64,000 nt of DNA, from the IMG/VR virus record IMGVR_UViG_3300032213_003144, positions 96,001 to 160,000 of that record; one strand, given 5' to 3'. This document shows positions 45,632-54,456 of the stretch, piece after piece. The notes below the pieces were generated by a model. It was not told the origin of the DNA, made no database searches, and worked only from the letters and a program-made list of their open reading frames with translations. The position numbers were made by a program, and so were the translations under genes. This stretch comes from a virus. How positions within the stretch are numbered: position 1 is the stretch's first letter; every line of letters begins with the position of its first letter.

Positions 45632-46900
45632 ATGGATAACAACGAAATTGACTCACTGTACGAAGAGTTGCTCAAAATCGAAGAGATTTTTATAAAGAGT
45701 GATGTAGCTACAGAACATATAGAAGACGAAAAAGTGCACCTTGAAAGCACACCTCTTTACGACGAGTATTACGGAGCAAGAGTTTTCAGTGAACTTTCTG
45801 ATAAGTTTGATGAAAGAGAAGAGAAGTCAGCGTTAAAAGACCCAGACGGTGGTCTTACTGCTGAAGGAAGAAAATTTTTCAAGCGCACTGAAGGCGCAAA
45901 CTTAAAGCCTGGAGTAAAAGGCCCAGCAGATACTCCAGAAAAAATGAGAAGAAAAGGTTCATTCCTTACACGCTTCTTTACAAACCCTTCAGGTCCATTG
46001 GTTGACGAAAAAGGAAGAGCAACAAGACTTGCTTTATCCGCTACAGCTTGGGGCGAGAGAGTACCTAAGAATGCAGAAGATGCTGCTGCATTAGCATCAA
46101 AGGGTAGAGCACTGCTTGATAAATACGAAAATTCAAAAAAGAAGTCAGAAGAAATCGAAGATATTGAAGTAAAAGCTGGCGGCTCTGCCCTTGGTGCTTC
46201 AATAGGTCAGGCTGCTGGTGGTGCTGCTCCAACTGGAACGAATCCACAAGATACAAGAGACCATGACGGCGATGGAATGATTTTTGATGGAACACCACAA
46301 GAGCAAAGAAAGCCGTACGAACGCTCCAAGGATGCCAACTACGAGAAGCAAAGAAGAAAGTTTGTACGAGAGCAACTCAGAAGGCAAGGCATAAAAGCAA
46401 ACAGAAGAGTTGAAGATAGAAGTAAGGAAGAAAGAGATGCTCGAGCTAGAGCAAGAGCAGCTTTCGATAAAGTTCTACGTGACGGACAAGGAAAACCAAC
46501 GGCTGACGGCCTACCAAAGGGTCCAAGTTATCCACCAGGCCAATCCGTACCAAAGAAGTATCCACCTGGACAAAAGCCTGAATATAGAAAACCCGAGCCA
46601 CCAGCAGATAGAAAACCTGCTGATAGATATCCAGAGCCAGGCAAGAAGTATCCTCCTGGTCAGAAACCTTCCCCATCGAGCCCACGTGACCAAAAGCCAG
46701 CCGATAGATACCCGCAAACCAGCAATCCTTCTGCCACACGACCTGGAGCAGATAGGACAGAGCAAGCAAGTGGCCCAGCCAGAGGTCCGCGAGTTGACAG
46801 GGACAAGAATCCAGACCCAGGATTCTTCAAGCCAAAACCACAGCTCGGACCCCCTACACCAAAAAGAACACCAGGTAACAACGGGTTACGCAGGTCCTAA
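45632..46900 (+). CDS. Head-associated protein, DUF6321-like domain plus Pro-rich repeats
   Basis: KDPDGGLTAEGRK..NLKPGVK..RKGSFLTRF; DHDGDGMIFDGTP; repeated KKYPPGQKP and KPADRYP. Start may be GTG 45614. Confidence 0.65.
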   Translation: MDNNEIDSLYEELLKIEEIFIKSDVATEHIEDEKVHLESTPLYDEYYGARVFSELSDKFDEREEKSALKDPDGGLTAEGRKFFKRTEGANLKPGVKGPADTPEKMRRKGSFLTRFFTNPSGPLVDEKGRATRLALSATAWGERVPKNAEDAAALASKGRALLDKYENSKKKSEEIEDIEVKAGGSALGASIGQAAGGAAPTGTNPQDTRDHDGDGMIFDGTPQEQRKPYERSKDANYEKQRRKFVREQLRRQGIKANRRVEDRSKEERDARARARAAFDKVLRDGQGKPTADGLPKGPSYPPGQSVPKKYPPGQKPEYRKPEPPADRKPADRYPEPGKKYPPGQKPSPSSPRDQKPADRYPQTSNPSATRPGADRTEQASGPARGPRVDRDKNPDPGFFKPKPQLGPPTPKRTPGNNGLRRS

Positions 46901-47301
46901 TGGAGCGCTTTTGGTACGGAGCAACGCTTCTCAAGGTAATTGATGGTGACACGGTTGAACTAATGGTCGATTTGGGTTTCAATATAAATTACAAGATGAG
47001 AGTTCGCCTTTACGGGGTGAATACTCCCGAATCACGTACAAAAGACCTTGTCGAAAAAGAGCTTGGCCTAAAAGCAAAGAAATTTACGGAGGAGTGGCTT
47101 ACAAACCATCAGTGGGTTTTTGTAAATACCATTCCAGATAAAAACGATAAATATGGACGGATACTAGCAAGGATATTTTCATCCGACAAGATAGATGACC
47201 CGAAAACTGCATGCCTAAATATTGACATAATTCAATCTGGTCTTGCAAGGGAATACTTTGGCATTGGCGACAAAACGTGGGCTGAGTTCAAAACCAAATA
47301 A
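46900..47301 (+). CDS. Thermonuclease (SNase family)
   Basis: VIDGDT, RLYGVNTPE, DKYGRILA. Confidence 0.9.
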   Translation: MERFWYGATLLKVIDGDTVELMVDLGFNINYKMRVRLYGVNTPESRTKDLVEKELGLKAKKFTEEWLTNHQWVFVNTIPDKNDKYGRILARIFSSDKIDDPKTACLNIDIIQSGLAREYFGIGDKTWAEFKTK

Positions 47302-47325
47302 CAGCAAGTATGAGATAATGGTTGT

Positions 47326-47598
47326 ATGAAAAAGGACCTGCTGGTAAATGTATTACTTAGAATTCTTGCTACTTTCGCCGCATCTGGTCTTGGTGTTATC
47401 GGTGCAGGAACTATTGCTGGTGTTCCAATACTTAAAGCTGTCTTCATGGCTGGAATTGCAGGGGTTGCAGTCGTAATAGAGGGACTCTCTAGAGCATTCT
47501 TGGAAGATGGGAAACTTTCGAGTTCTGAAATAAACGACGTTTTCAACAAGATAGACAAGAAGGCCCCAGCAAAGGCGAAGCAGAATGAAGCGGTTTAG
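47326..47598 (+). CDS. Two-TM membrane protein, holin candidate
   Basis: Two hydrophobic segments and a charged C-terminal tail. Confidence 0.5.
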   Translation: MKKDLLVNVLLRILATFAASGLGVIGAGTIAGVPILKAVFMAGIAGVAVVIEGLSRAFLEDGKLSSSEINDVFNKIDKKAPAKAKQNEAV

Positions 47599-47809
47599 TA
47601 TTGTTTTTCTATCTATATTCTTTCTTGCTTCTTGTGGCTATGAGGGAAAATATCGATACTCATGTCAGGACCCTGAAAATTGGGGCAAGACAGAATGTGA
47701 ACCACCTATATGCGAAGTAGATGGGAATTGCACAAAAACCTTGCTTGGTTTCAATCCGACAGATACAACAATAGAAGCAAATCCAACAGAGGAAACAGTC
47801 GCACCATGA
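47585..47809 (+). CDS. Small lipoprotein
   Basis: Signal peptide with lipobox LASC; Cys-rich mature region. Confidence 0.65.
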   Translation: MKRFSIVFLSIFFLASCGYEGKYRYSCQDPENWGKTECEPPICEVDGNCTKTLLGFNPTDTTIEANPTEETVAP

Positions 47810-48087
47810 AAAAGCGCTTAACACCAGCAGAACTTGATGCACGCCTTAAGTTTGTTATCGGTTGCATGCTTGGATTTGTTCTTATGATTACAACGGTAGG
47901 AGTACTCTGGGCGCTTGTATTCGTGACACAGCCAATCGGCGCCCAAGCCGAAAACGACAAGATGTTCTTCGGTGTTCTGTCATCCGTGGCCACCTTTATT
48001 ACTGGTACGCTAGCAGGACTGATGATTTCAACCGGGAGAAATACCGAAGACAAAAACGGTAACGGCATCCCAGATAGCGAGGAGTAA
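47806..48087 (+). CDS. Two-TM membrane protein
   Basis: ATGA overlap at 47806 gives MKKRLTPAELD...; two TM segments; C-terminal DKNGNGIPD. Confidence 0.7.
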   Translation: MKKRLTPAELDARLKFVIGCMLGFVLMITTVGVLWALVFVTQPIGAQAENDKMFFGVLSSVATFITGTLAGLMISTGRNTEDKNGNGIPDSEE

Positions 48088-48088
48088 T

Positions 48089-48535
48089 ATGAGCTCTAGT
48101 ACATGGGGTACATATCAAGGCGCAATAACTGGCTTTAGGTTTGAAACAAAGGCAGACAAGAAATGTCCGCCCGCAACACAGGACATAGCTGTCAATCTCC
48201 GAAATCGCGGCAAAGCAATTAAGACTGCTATGTACGGTCCATTGAATCCATCTGAACCTAATGAAGATTACTGGAAGAAAATTGGCGATGAATGGGATGT
48301 TGATACTGCTACCGCAAAAAAACAACGATGCGGAAACTGTGTGATGTTTATTCAAACTCCATCAATGAAGGCATGTATAAATTCAGCAGTTACGGGTGGT
48401 GACCGTCAAGACGAATGGGAAGCCATAGATGCTGCTGGACAACTCGGGTACTGCGAAGCGTTTGACTTTAAGTGCGCATCAAAGAGAACTTGCCGAGCAT
48501 GGGTTACTGGTGGACCAATCACAAAGGAAAAATAA
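48089..48535 (+). CDS. Cys-motif hypothetical protein
   Basis: RCGNC..F...GYC..FDFKC...RTC.AW. Confidence 0.65.
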   Translation: MSSSTWGTYQGAITGFRFETKADKKCPPATQDIAVNLRNRGKAIKTAMYGPLNPSEPNEDYWKKIGDEWDVDTATAKKQRCGNCVMFIQTPSMKACINSAVTGGDRQDEWEAIDAAGQLGYCEAFDFKCASKRTCRAWVTGGPITKEK

Positions 48536-48780
48536 TGAGAGTCTGGATTGACCAAGACTTATGTACTGGAGACGGACTATGCGCAGAAATAGCCCCAGAT
48601 GTTTTTCACATGATGCCGGACGGTCTTGCGTATGTAAAAGAAGGGGACAAGATTTATGCGGCCGCTGTAGGGAACCCAGAAGGCGCAGCTGGCTTAGCAT
48701 CCTTTTCGGACAACAGGCTTGAAGACGTTATTGAGTCAGCAGAAGAATGCCCTGGGGAATGTATCTTTATCGAGCCTTAG
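48535..48780 (+). CDS. Ferredoxin (single-cluster, CxxDxxC...CP)
   Basis: MRVWIDQDLCTGDGLCAEIAPDVF...AEECPGECI; TAATG coupling with the upstream gene. Confidence 0.92.
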   Translation: MRVWIDQDLCTGDGLCAEIAPDVFHMMPDGLAYVKEGDKIYAAAVGNPEGAAGLASFSDNRLEDVIESAEECPGECIFIEP

Positions 48781-48923
48781 CGCCCGAGTCGTTCCCTCTC
48801 AAAGTTAATCCATTCTTGCTTTGCGGTAGTACTACCGTATGAGTCGTAATTACTTACTGCACTCATGATGTATTTATGGAATGAAACGACCAACACTGTT
48901 GTGACAATTAAGAAAATAAGCAT
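48777..48923 (-). CDS. Small membrane-anchored protein (48 aa, below the ORF-track cutoff)
   Basis: MLIFLIVTTVLVVSFHKYIMSAVSNYDSYGSTTAKQEWINFERERLGR*; CATAAT 6 nt before the ATG. Confidence 0.5.
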   Translation of the reverse strand: MLIFLIVTTVLVVSFHKYIMSAVSNYDSYGSTTAKQEWINFERERLGR

Positions 48924-48991
48924 TTGTACATTATGTCATCTAATCTCTTTTAAAGATTAAATAAACATAACTATCTTAGAAATAGATAGGC

Positions 48992-49255
48992 CTAATCTTC
49001 TGCCGTGATGCTATTTGTTTTTAATCGCATGTCAGCTAGGGCTAATTCCGGGGTATCACCGACACCGATAGTGGAAGCGATGCTTGAATCAAAGAAGTCC
49101 AATGCGGAACAGTCATCTCCATACATGTAATCCTGGTATTGCTCGGAATTTACAACATCGTCGAATTCTGGTATTGCGTGCCATTTTCCGCCCTCGTACA
49201 CACCGGAATATCTTGATTGAATAATCGCAACAGGGTATGTCCGATTTTCACTCAT
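48992..49255 (-). CDS. Hypothetical protein
   Basis: MSENRTYPVAIIQSRYSGVYEGGKW...; start overlaps the upstream stop. Confidence 0.65.
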   Translation of the reverse strand: MSENRTYPVAIIQSRYSGVYEGGKWHAIPEFDDVVNSEQYQDYMYGDDCSALDFFDSSIASTIGVGDTPELALADMRLKTNSITAED

Positions 49256-50036
49256 TTGATTTTTCCTTTCCAAAATTCGTAATGATAGTGCTTCCACTTA
49301 GATGCTGTCTGGGTATTGAGTAATCAGCAACCAGCAACCTCATCACCCATCTGTCGGTTCCATCGTATCTTGCGGCAAATGGCTTTCTTCCGTGGACGGT
49401 TGTTCTGTTATCTATCACAAGTAAGTCGCCTTTTTCTAGAACAATGTCCTGAATACTTTGACTTATTGCTTGATTAAATTCGTCTAGCGCTTCTTGTGCT
49501 TCTTCTGTTGTGCCTCGCATGAAGTATCTGTCATAAGTTATGTCAAATCCATCATCTGAATTCTTTTTAAGTATTCTTACAACCATTTCAAAATCTGGTT
49601 CGCCATTTGAACGAAAACTATCGTCTACTCGTGTTACGTAAATAGGCTGTTGGAGTAATTCGAGTGATTTTTTACTTATTTTCTTAATTATGTCTTCACT
49701 ATTTGCATACGTAGTTACGGCATTTTCGTCTCCCCTCAGGCACATGAGGAGAACATATGATGGCTTAAAGGGATGAAATGCTGTCTCGGTGTGTAGCTCT
49801 AGATTTGACTTTGATGATGTAGAAATTTGTCCATGCTCTGTCTTGAACACGGGAAGGACATGCTGTATCAGCTGTCCACCCTGTTCTTGCCTGTAGGCAA
49901 TTGGTTTACCCAAAGAAGAACCAAACGCCATGAGGGTTTTTTTCTCCGTCAGCAACTTACTATCGCTGATGAATGGGACTGCTGGGGTTGGGCCAATATC
50001 GCCCACCTCCAGGTTTCTGTACAGTTTTACACCCAT
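49248..50036 (-). CDS. TauD/clavaminate-synthase-like Fe(II)/2OG dioxygenase
   Basis: LHTE, LMCLR, DLLVIDNR..VHGR, RWVMR. Confidence 0.9.
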   Translation of the reverse strand: MGVKLYRNLEVGDIGPTPAVPFISDSKLLTEKKTLMAFGSSLGKPIAYRQEQGGQLIQHVLPVFKTEHGQISTSSKSNLELHTETAFHPFKPSYVLLMCLRGDENAVTTYANSEDIIKKISKKSLELLQQPIYVTRVDDSFRSNGEPDFEMVVRILKKNSDDGFDITYDRYFMRGTTEEAQEALDEFNQAISQSIQDIVLEKGDLLVIDNRTTVHGRKPFAARYDGTDRWVMRLLVADYSIPRQHLSGSTIITNFGKEKSNE

Positions 50037-50080
50037 GTTCAGATACTACTACGCCTTAAATGTCTCCATCAAGAGACAAT

Positions 50081-50155
50081 TGGAGCCCTCTCTCGGGATT
50101 GAACCGAGGACCACCTCATTACAAGTGAGGTGCTCTACCACTGAGCTAAAAGGGC
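50081..50155 (-). tRNA. tRNA-Thr(UGU)
   Basis: Canonical cloverleaf; anticodon arm CCTCA-CT TGT AA-TGAGG; encoded CCA. Confidence 0.95.
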
Positions 50156-50234
50156 TGGACACGCAGTCTGGGAGTCGAACCCAGAGACCGTCCGTTAGAT
50201 TCCACGGGTGCTCTACCGCTGATGCTTCTGCGTG
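50156..50234 (-). ncRNA. Aberrant tRNA-like RNA
   Basis: 7-bp acceptor stem with TCCA end and a TTCGACT loop, but A at position 8, bulged D stem, 8-nt anticodon loop GGAATCTA and 6-bp T stem. Confidence 0.7.
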
Positions 50235-50270
50235 CGTAAGAGAGTAACACAAATGGGGACAGGAGGGGTT

Positions 50271-50516
50271 CTAACCCTGCCCAACTTTTGAGTTTATTAA
50301 CTCCAGGGCTTTGCCAACGGTGTCTACGCCTTCAATCTCGGAGCCGGCAACGGTAACGCCAAACTCCTCCTCTAAAGCCATCACTAATTCTATGATGTCA
50401 AGAGAATCTGCGTTTAGGTCCTCCACAAGTCTTGCTTCTGGGACTATTTTTGATTCGTCAACAATGAGAATTTCTGCGGCGCATTTTATAAATCGCTTTT
50501 CTGTGTTATCGCTCAT
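50271..50516 (-). CDS. acpP: Acyl carrier protein
   Basis: EDLNADSLDIIELVMALEEEFG with the phosphopantetheine-attachment Ser; start ATG 50516. Confidence 0.9.
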   Translation of the reverse strand: MSDNTEKRFIKCAAEILIVDESKIVPEARLVEDLNADSLDIIELVMALEEEFGVTVAGSEIEGVDTVGKALELINSKVGQG

Positions 50517-50535
50517 GTTTAACAGTATATACATA

Positions 50536-50611
50536 TGGCTGGCGAGGTAGGGCTCGAACCTACGACAAGCGGATTAACAGTCCGCTGCTCTGCCAACTGA
50601 GCTACTCGCCA
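50536..50611 (-). tRNA. tRNA-Asn(GUU)
   Basis: Cloverleaf; anticodon arm GCGGA-CT GTT AA-TCCGC; encoded CCA. Confidence 0.95.
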
Positions 50612-50725
50612 CCGTGAGGGTAGACAGAGTCAGTTTCAGCACCACCTAGATGGATGCCCCCTCGTATTGCATCATAGCAATAGTAAGTCTTATTACCAGG
50701 ACTTACAATTGATATAATTACAAAT

Positions 50726-51307
50726 ATGGAAACACAAAATTCAATAAAAGACGTTGTTTTGATGGATTCAGATGGGAAAGTTAATTTAATCGACGAGATT
50801 TCTGGGAAGGTAACTCTTTTTGCGAACGTTACTGGGCACTGTGGCAATGCTGAGCAGTATGGGATTCTGGAAAAGGTTTATCAAAAGTATAAGGACAGAG
50901 GTTTTGAGGTTATTGCCGTTCCCACGAACGACTACTGCGGAGCAGGTGTAACTTATGGCAAATACGAAAACGGCATAACCGGAGCGAAGGATGCCGAAGA
51001 ATACGGACGAGCAGAGTGGAACGTCACATATCCGTTCTCTGAGATGGTTGTTTCCCGGGAAGCTCGTGATGGGGAAGAAGAAAAGCCAGATGTTCACCCC
51101 CTATACAGGAACTTAAATCCAGAGGGAGAAAAGGCTCCAATGAACGGTAACTTTGAGAAATTCTTAGTCGACAGAAATGGCCTACAGAGAGTTAGGAAAG
51201 CAAATGGGGTTTTGCTTTGGTGGGCTCACCGTGATGGGTATTGCGAGTCACCAGAAAAAGAATACGAGAACCTATGCAACGACATAGAGCGTCTGCTTGA
51301 CGAATGA
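50726..51307 (+). CDS. Glutathione peroxidase-like protein
   Basis: NVTGHCG, AVPTNDY, HPLY..L, NFEKFLVDRNG. Confidence 0.85.
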   Translation: METQNSIKDVVLMDSDGKVNLIDEISGKVTLFANVTGHCGNAEQYGILEKVYQKYKDRGFEVIAVPTNDYCGAGVTYGKYENGITGAKDAEEYGRAEWNVTYPFSEMVVSREARDGEEEKPDVHPLYRNLNPEGEKAPMNGNFEKFLVDRNGLQRVRKANGVLLWWAHRDGYCESPEKEYENLCNDIERLLDE

Positions 51308-51313
51308 CTATAC

Positions 51314-51985
51314 CTAAGGGCAGTTCATTCCATTCTCAACCCAAGCCTTATATGTAACTGGCATCTTGTCTGCAAAAATAGCCTCAACAGACTTTGCGTA
51401 CCTTCTAATATCAAGCTGAGCAGTTTTTGATAAACGCAAAGAAAGAAAATTCATTAAAGAACGAGCATTAACAGTCCAGTAAAACTGTGTGTACATTCCG
51501 ACTGGAAGAACCGTCCTTGATAGTTCTTTCGCAATACCAATATCTATAAGTTTTTTATATGCTTCATAAGCGCTGATGTTGGCTTGATTTATTATTTCTA
51601 TTGCTTGATTGGCAATGTCTTCTTCAACCATGTGAAACTCGTAGGCTCCTGGCTTTCCGACTTGCGACCTAACATCGTTTTGGTAAGGGACGAAAAAGTC
51701 TTCCCCTACTTCGCTGTATCTTGCTGAAAATTCGTTGAATGAGCCAATCCTGTGCCGAAACCACTCCCTAGCAACAAATACTGGACATTTAACATGAAAG
51801 CGAAATGAATTGTGCTCGAATGGGGTTCCATGTTTTTCGCGCATGAGGAAGTTGATTAAACCTCTACCCGAATCATCCATCTCTTGCTGGGACTTAGCAA
51901 ATGAAACTCTTGCCGAATTAACGACAGAGATATCATCTGCCATACACGAATCAAGACGAACGAAACCAAAACTCTGTGATTCCAT
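51314..51985 (-). CDS. thyX: Flavin-dependent thymidylate synthase
   Basis: HGTPFEH, RHRIGSFNEFSARY, NARSLMNFLSLR. Confidence 0.97.
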   Translation of the reverse strand: MESQSFGFVRLDSCMADDISVVNSARVSFAKSQQEMDDSGRGLINFLMREKHGTPFEHNSFRFHVKCPVFVAREWFRHRIGSFNEFSARYSEVGEDFFVPYQNDVRSQVGKPGAYEFHMVEEDIANQAIEIINQANISAYEAYKKLIDIGIAKELSRTVLPVGMYTQFYWTVNARSLMNFLSLRLSKTAQLDIRRYAKSVEAIFADKMPVTYKAWVENGMNCP

Positions 51986-52004
51986 CTTTTTCCTTTTCTA
52001 GTTA

Positions 52005-52081
52005 TGGCGCGCCGGGTAGGACTTGAACCTACAACCTACAGATTAGAAGTCTGTTGCTCTATCCGATTGAGCTACCGACGC
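52005..52081 (-). tRNA. tRNA-Arg(UCU)
   Basis: Cloverleaf; anticodon arm ACAGA-CT TCT AA-TCTGT; encoded CCA. Confidence 0.95.
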
Positions 52082-52088
52082 ATACCGA

Positions 52089-54014
52089 TTACTTTATCGG
52101 GCATGCTCCTGTAGCGCAATTGTCTAAATCCAAATCGCCCATGAAGGCCACGTCCTGTAATGGTGTAGAGAAATCAATCTTGGCGAGCATCTTGTCGTAC
52201 TCCTCCTTGGTTATTTCTTCGTATGGAGGAAGGGAGAAGTTGTGGTCAACGTGAAGCAGGAATGAAACTGATTTAACGCTCTTGTCGTAATTCTTTGAGA
52301 GCCACTCCTGGATTTCTCCAAGTTCTTCTTTGCGGTAATAGACGGTCACGGATACGGCATTATCCGCCCACTCGGTCTGCATCTTCTTGACCCACTCAAG
52401 TTGCTCTACTGCCGTCATTGCCGAAGCGAGAATTGAACCCTCTGGCGACATGCATGGGAAGTCCACTACATAGCGCGTATGGTCCTCCCTGCCGTCGATA
52501 CCAATATCCCACTGAATCTTGTAGCCACGCTTGCGACAAGCGTCTACAAGGGGGTCTGAGGAGCCAAAGCGGACACGTCTGGTGTAGAACGGAGCGAATG
52601 CTGGGTGAATTCCTGGAGTCACGCCTGGGAGCAAGGATAATGTCCCAGAAGGCTGAACCGTGGTCAAACGAACAGACTCCGGCCATCCACGCTCAGCGGA
52701 ATACTGCTTATCGAATTCCTGTAGGTATTCGTATGCTGGTGAAAGCCAAGAAACCTGCTCTTCTGAGCACTGAAGGATTCCAGTAACAGACTGTCCAAGT
52801 CGCGCATTCTTGCTAACGATGTTGGTTGTCTTTTCGTATGGGTACGCCATGCGGGTGATTTGCTTTTGTGTCTTATAAAGCAAACGTGAAATTTCCTCAA
52901 ATTGCTCCAATGATTCCACGTTTGGCAAAAATATTGTCGCGAGATTGCATGATTCGCCATCAGCCAATGCAATTTCTGCGCACGGGTTAAAACCTTCAAT
53001 CGAGTTATCTGGCTTTGCCTCACCAAGTCGACCATACTTTCGTGCAAGACGACGATTCAATAGGCCGTAAGGCTCGCCAGTTCCGTCGTAGCCCTTCCAA
53101 AGTTCGGTCATGATTTCGTCGTAATGGTCGGCATAAATGGAGTTATTTGAGTTCGCTCTCCATGCAGGAATATTTCCAGATGCCCAATTTTTTGCACGAA
53201 GGAAAAGAACATCATCTGGGTCACCCATTGCAATCTGCGCCGAACGACGTGATGAACCAGAAACAACGATGCGACCAATTATGTTGCAAATGTCCAGTAC
53301 ATCAATTGAACGAAGTTTCTTGCCTTCACGATTCTGCATGACTTTTGCAATATCCGCAATTCCCTCAATTAGTGCGCCAGGACCCGATGCGGTGCCACCA
53401 AATGTCTTCAATGGTGCGCCATACTCACGAATGAGAACCGTGGAATACGAGAAAGATTTACCAGTATCGAAATATGACTTCAGTACTGCATGAAGTAATC
53501 GCTTCCATCCTTGACGTGAGTCAGGAACAATGATGTCTGCATCGTTACTGCGTTCGTGCGTAATTGTCACGCCCAACTTAATCTTTGGCAGGTCATGAAT
53601 CTTCGAGCGCTCAACGGAGAATCCAACGCCACCACCGAGCATTAGGTATTCAAAAAGAAGCTCAAAATCTTCAATCTTTTCGATGTTTGTGAAATAGCAG
53701 TTGTTAAGTGATGTTGCATTGAGCTTCTGTACTAATGGGGTGCCAAGCTGCCAGAGTGAGCGCCCAGAAAACGAGCATCGCAGGTTGAAGCAATGGTCGA
53801 ATAGGGCTTCTGCCTCTTCTTGGGTGTAGTCGACACCAACCTCAATCGCACCGTTGATAACACGCTGAAGCGTCTCAACCCAGGTCTCGTTGTTCCCGTT
53901 TTCCTTCTTGCGGCTGTAGGTGCGGAGAAATACTATTTCTCCCATTCCATTAAAGCCCCATGGCGCTTGCTTCGTTTTGTAGGAGTCGACAAAAGATTGA
54001 CTAAGAGTTGACAT
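52089..54014 (-). CDS. nrdJ: Class II (AdoCbl-dependent) ribonucleotide reductase
   Basis: LNNC, GGGVG, RRSAQI, NPCAEI, CNL, TTVQPSGT and C-terminal CATGACPIK. Confidence 0.95.
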   Translation of the reverse strand: MSTLSQSFVDSYKTKQAPWGFNGMGEIVFLRTYSRKKENGNNETWVETLQRVINGAIEVGVDYTQEEAEALFDHCFNLRCSFSGRSLWQLGTPLVQKLNATSLNNCYFTNIEKIEDFELLFEYLMLGGGVGFSVERSKIHDLPKIKLGVTITHERSNDADIIVPDSRQGWKRLLHAVLKSYFDTGKSFSYSTVLIREYGAPLKTFGGTASGPGALIEGIADIAKVMQNREGKKLRSIDVLDICNIIGRIVVSGSSRRSAQIAMGDPDDVLFLRAKNWASGNIPAWRANSNNSIYADHYDEIMTELWKGYDGTGEPYGLLNRRLARKYGRLGEAKPDNSIEGFNPCAEIALADGESCNLATIFLPNVESLEQFEEISRLLYKTQKQITRMAYPYEKTTNIVSKNARLGQSVTGILQCSEEQVSWLSPAYEYLQEFDKQYSAERGWPESVRLTTVQPSGTLSLLPGVTPGIHPAFAPFYTRRVRFGSSDPLVDACRKRGYKIQWDIGIDGREDHTRYVVDFPCMSPEGSILASAMTAVEQLEWVKKMQTEWADNAVSVTVYYRKEELGEIQEWLSKNYDKSVKSVSFLLHVDHNFSLPPYEEITKEEYDKMLAKIDFSTPLQDVAFMGDLDLDNCATGACPIK

Positions 54015-54101
54015 GTTTCCATTCCTGTAATTGGCTAGTGATGAGAGAGACGAGTGTACCGTAAGGATGAATACTGAAATGGTCTAGCATCCAACTAATT
54101 T

Positions 54102-54437
54102 TTATTTTATAAGGCCAAGTTCCCTGGCTGTAATTAAAGGTATTTGTTTACCTTTTTTATATTTAAGAATTCTTGTATTTATTCCTGGCGCTATTTCAAA
54201 GGGAATCCAATAATCCTCAGTTACTATGAAAACCTGATTTGCATCAAGGGACGAGTGTGTGTTATATCCCCATAGTTGAATTATCTCATTACTTTCTTTT
54301 TCGTTTACACAATCACCAGTTGGGTGTCCGCAAACTAGACACGGAGTACGAGTTGCTCTTAAGTACGTAACTCCATCAATTTCTTCATTTTCATCTTGCC
54401 CGCCAAAACCAGGGCTTGAGTAAAATGGCTGATTCAT
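54102..54437 (-). CDS. Hypothetical protein with CxxCGHPTGDC motif
   Basis: 111 aa; TATAAT 6 nt before the ATG. Confidence 0.7.
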   Translation of the reverse strand: MNQPFYSSPGFGGQDENEEIDGVTYLRATRTPCLVCGHPTGDCVNEKESNEIIQLWGYNTHSSLDANQVFIVTEDYWIPFEIAPGINTRILKYKKGKQIPLITARELGLIK

Positions 54438-54456
54438 CTACTTATTATACAGCTTG

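Noticed and set aside
50156-50234. Amber suppressor tRNA or TAG-recoded genome
   Set aside because: CTA is present but not centred in a canonical 7-nt loop. Long ORFs are intact in the standard code and TAG ends several genes, including tube, terL, portal and thyX.
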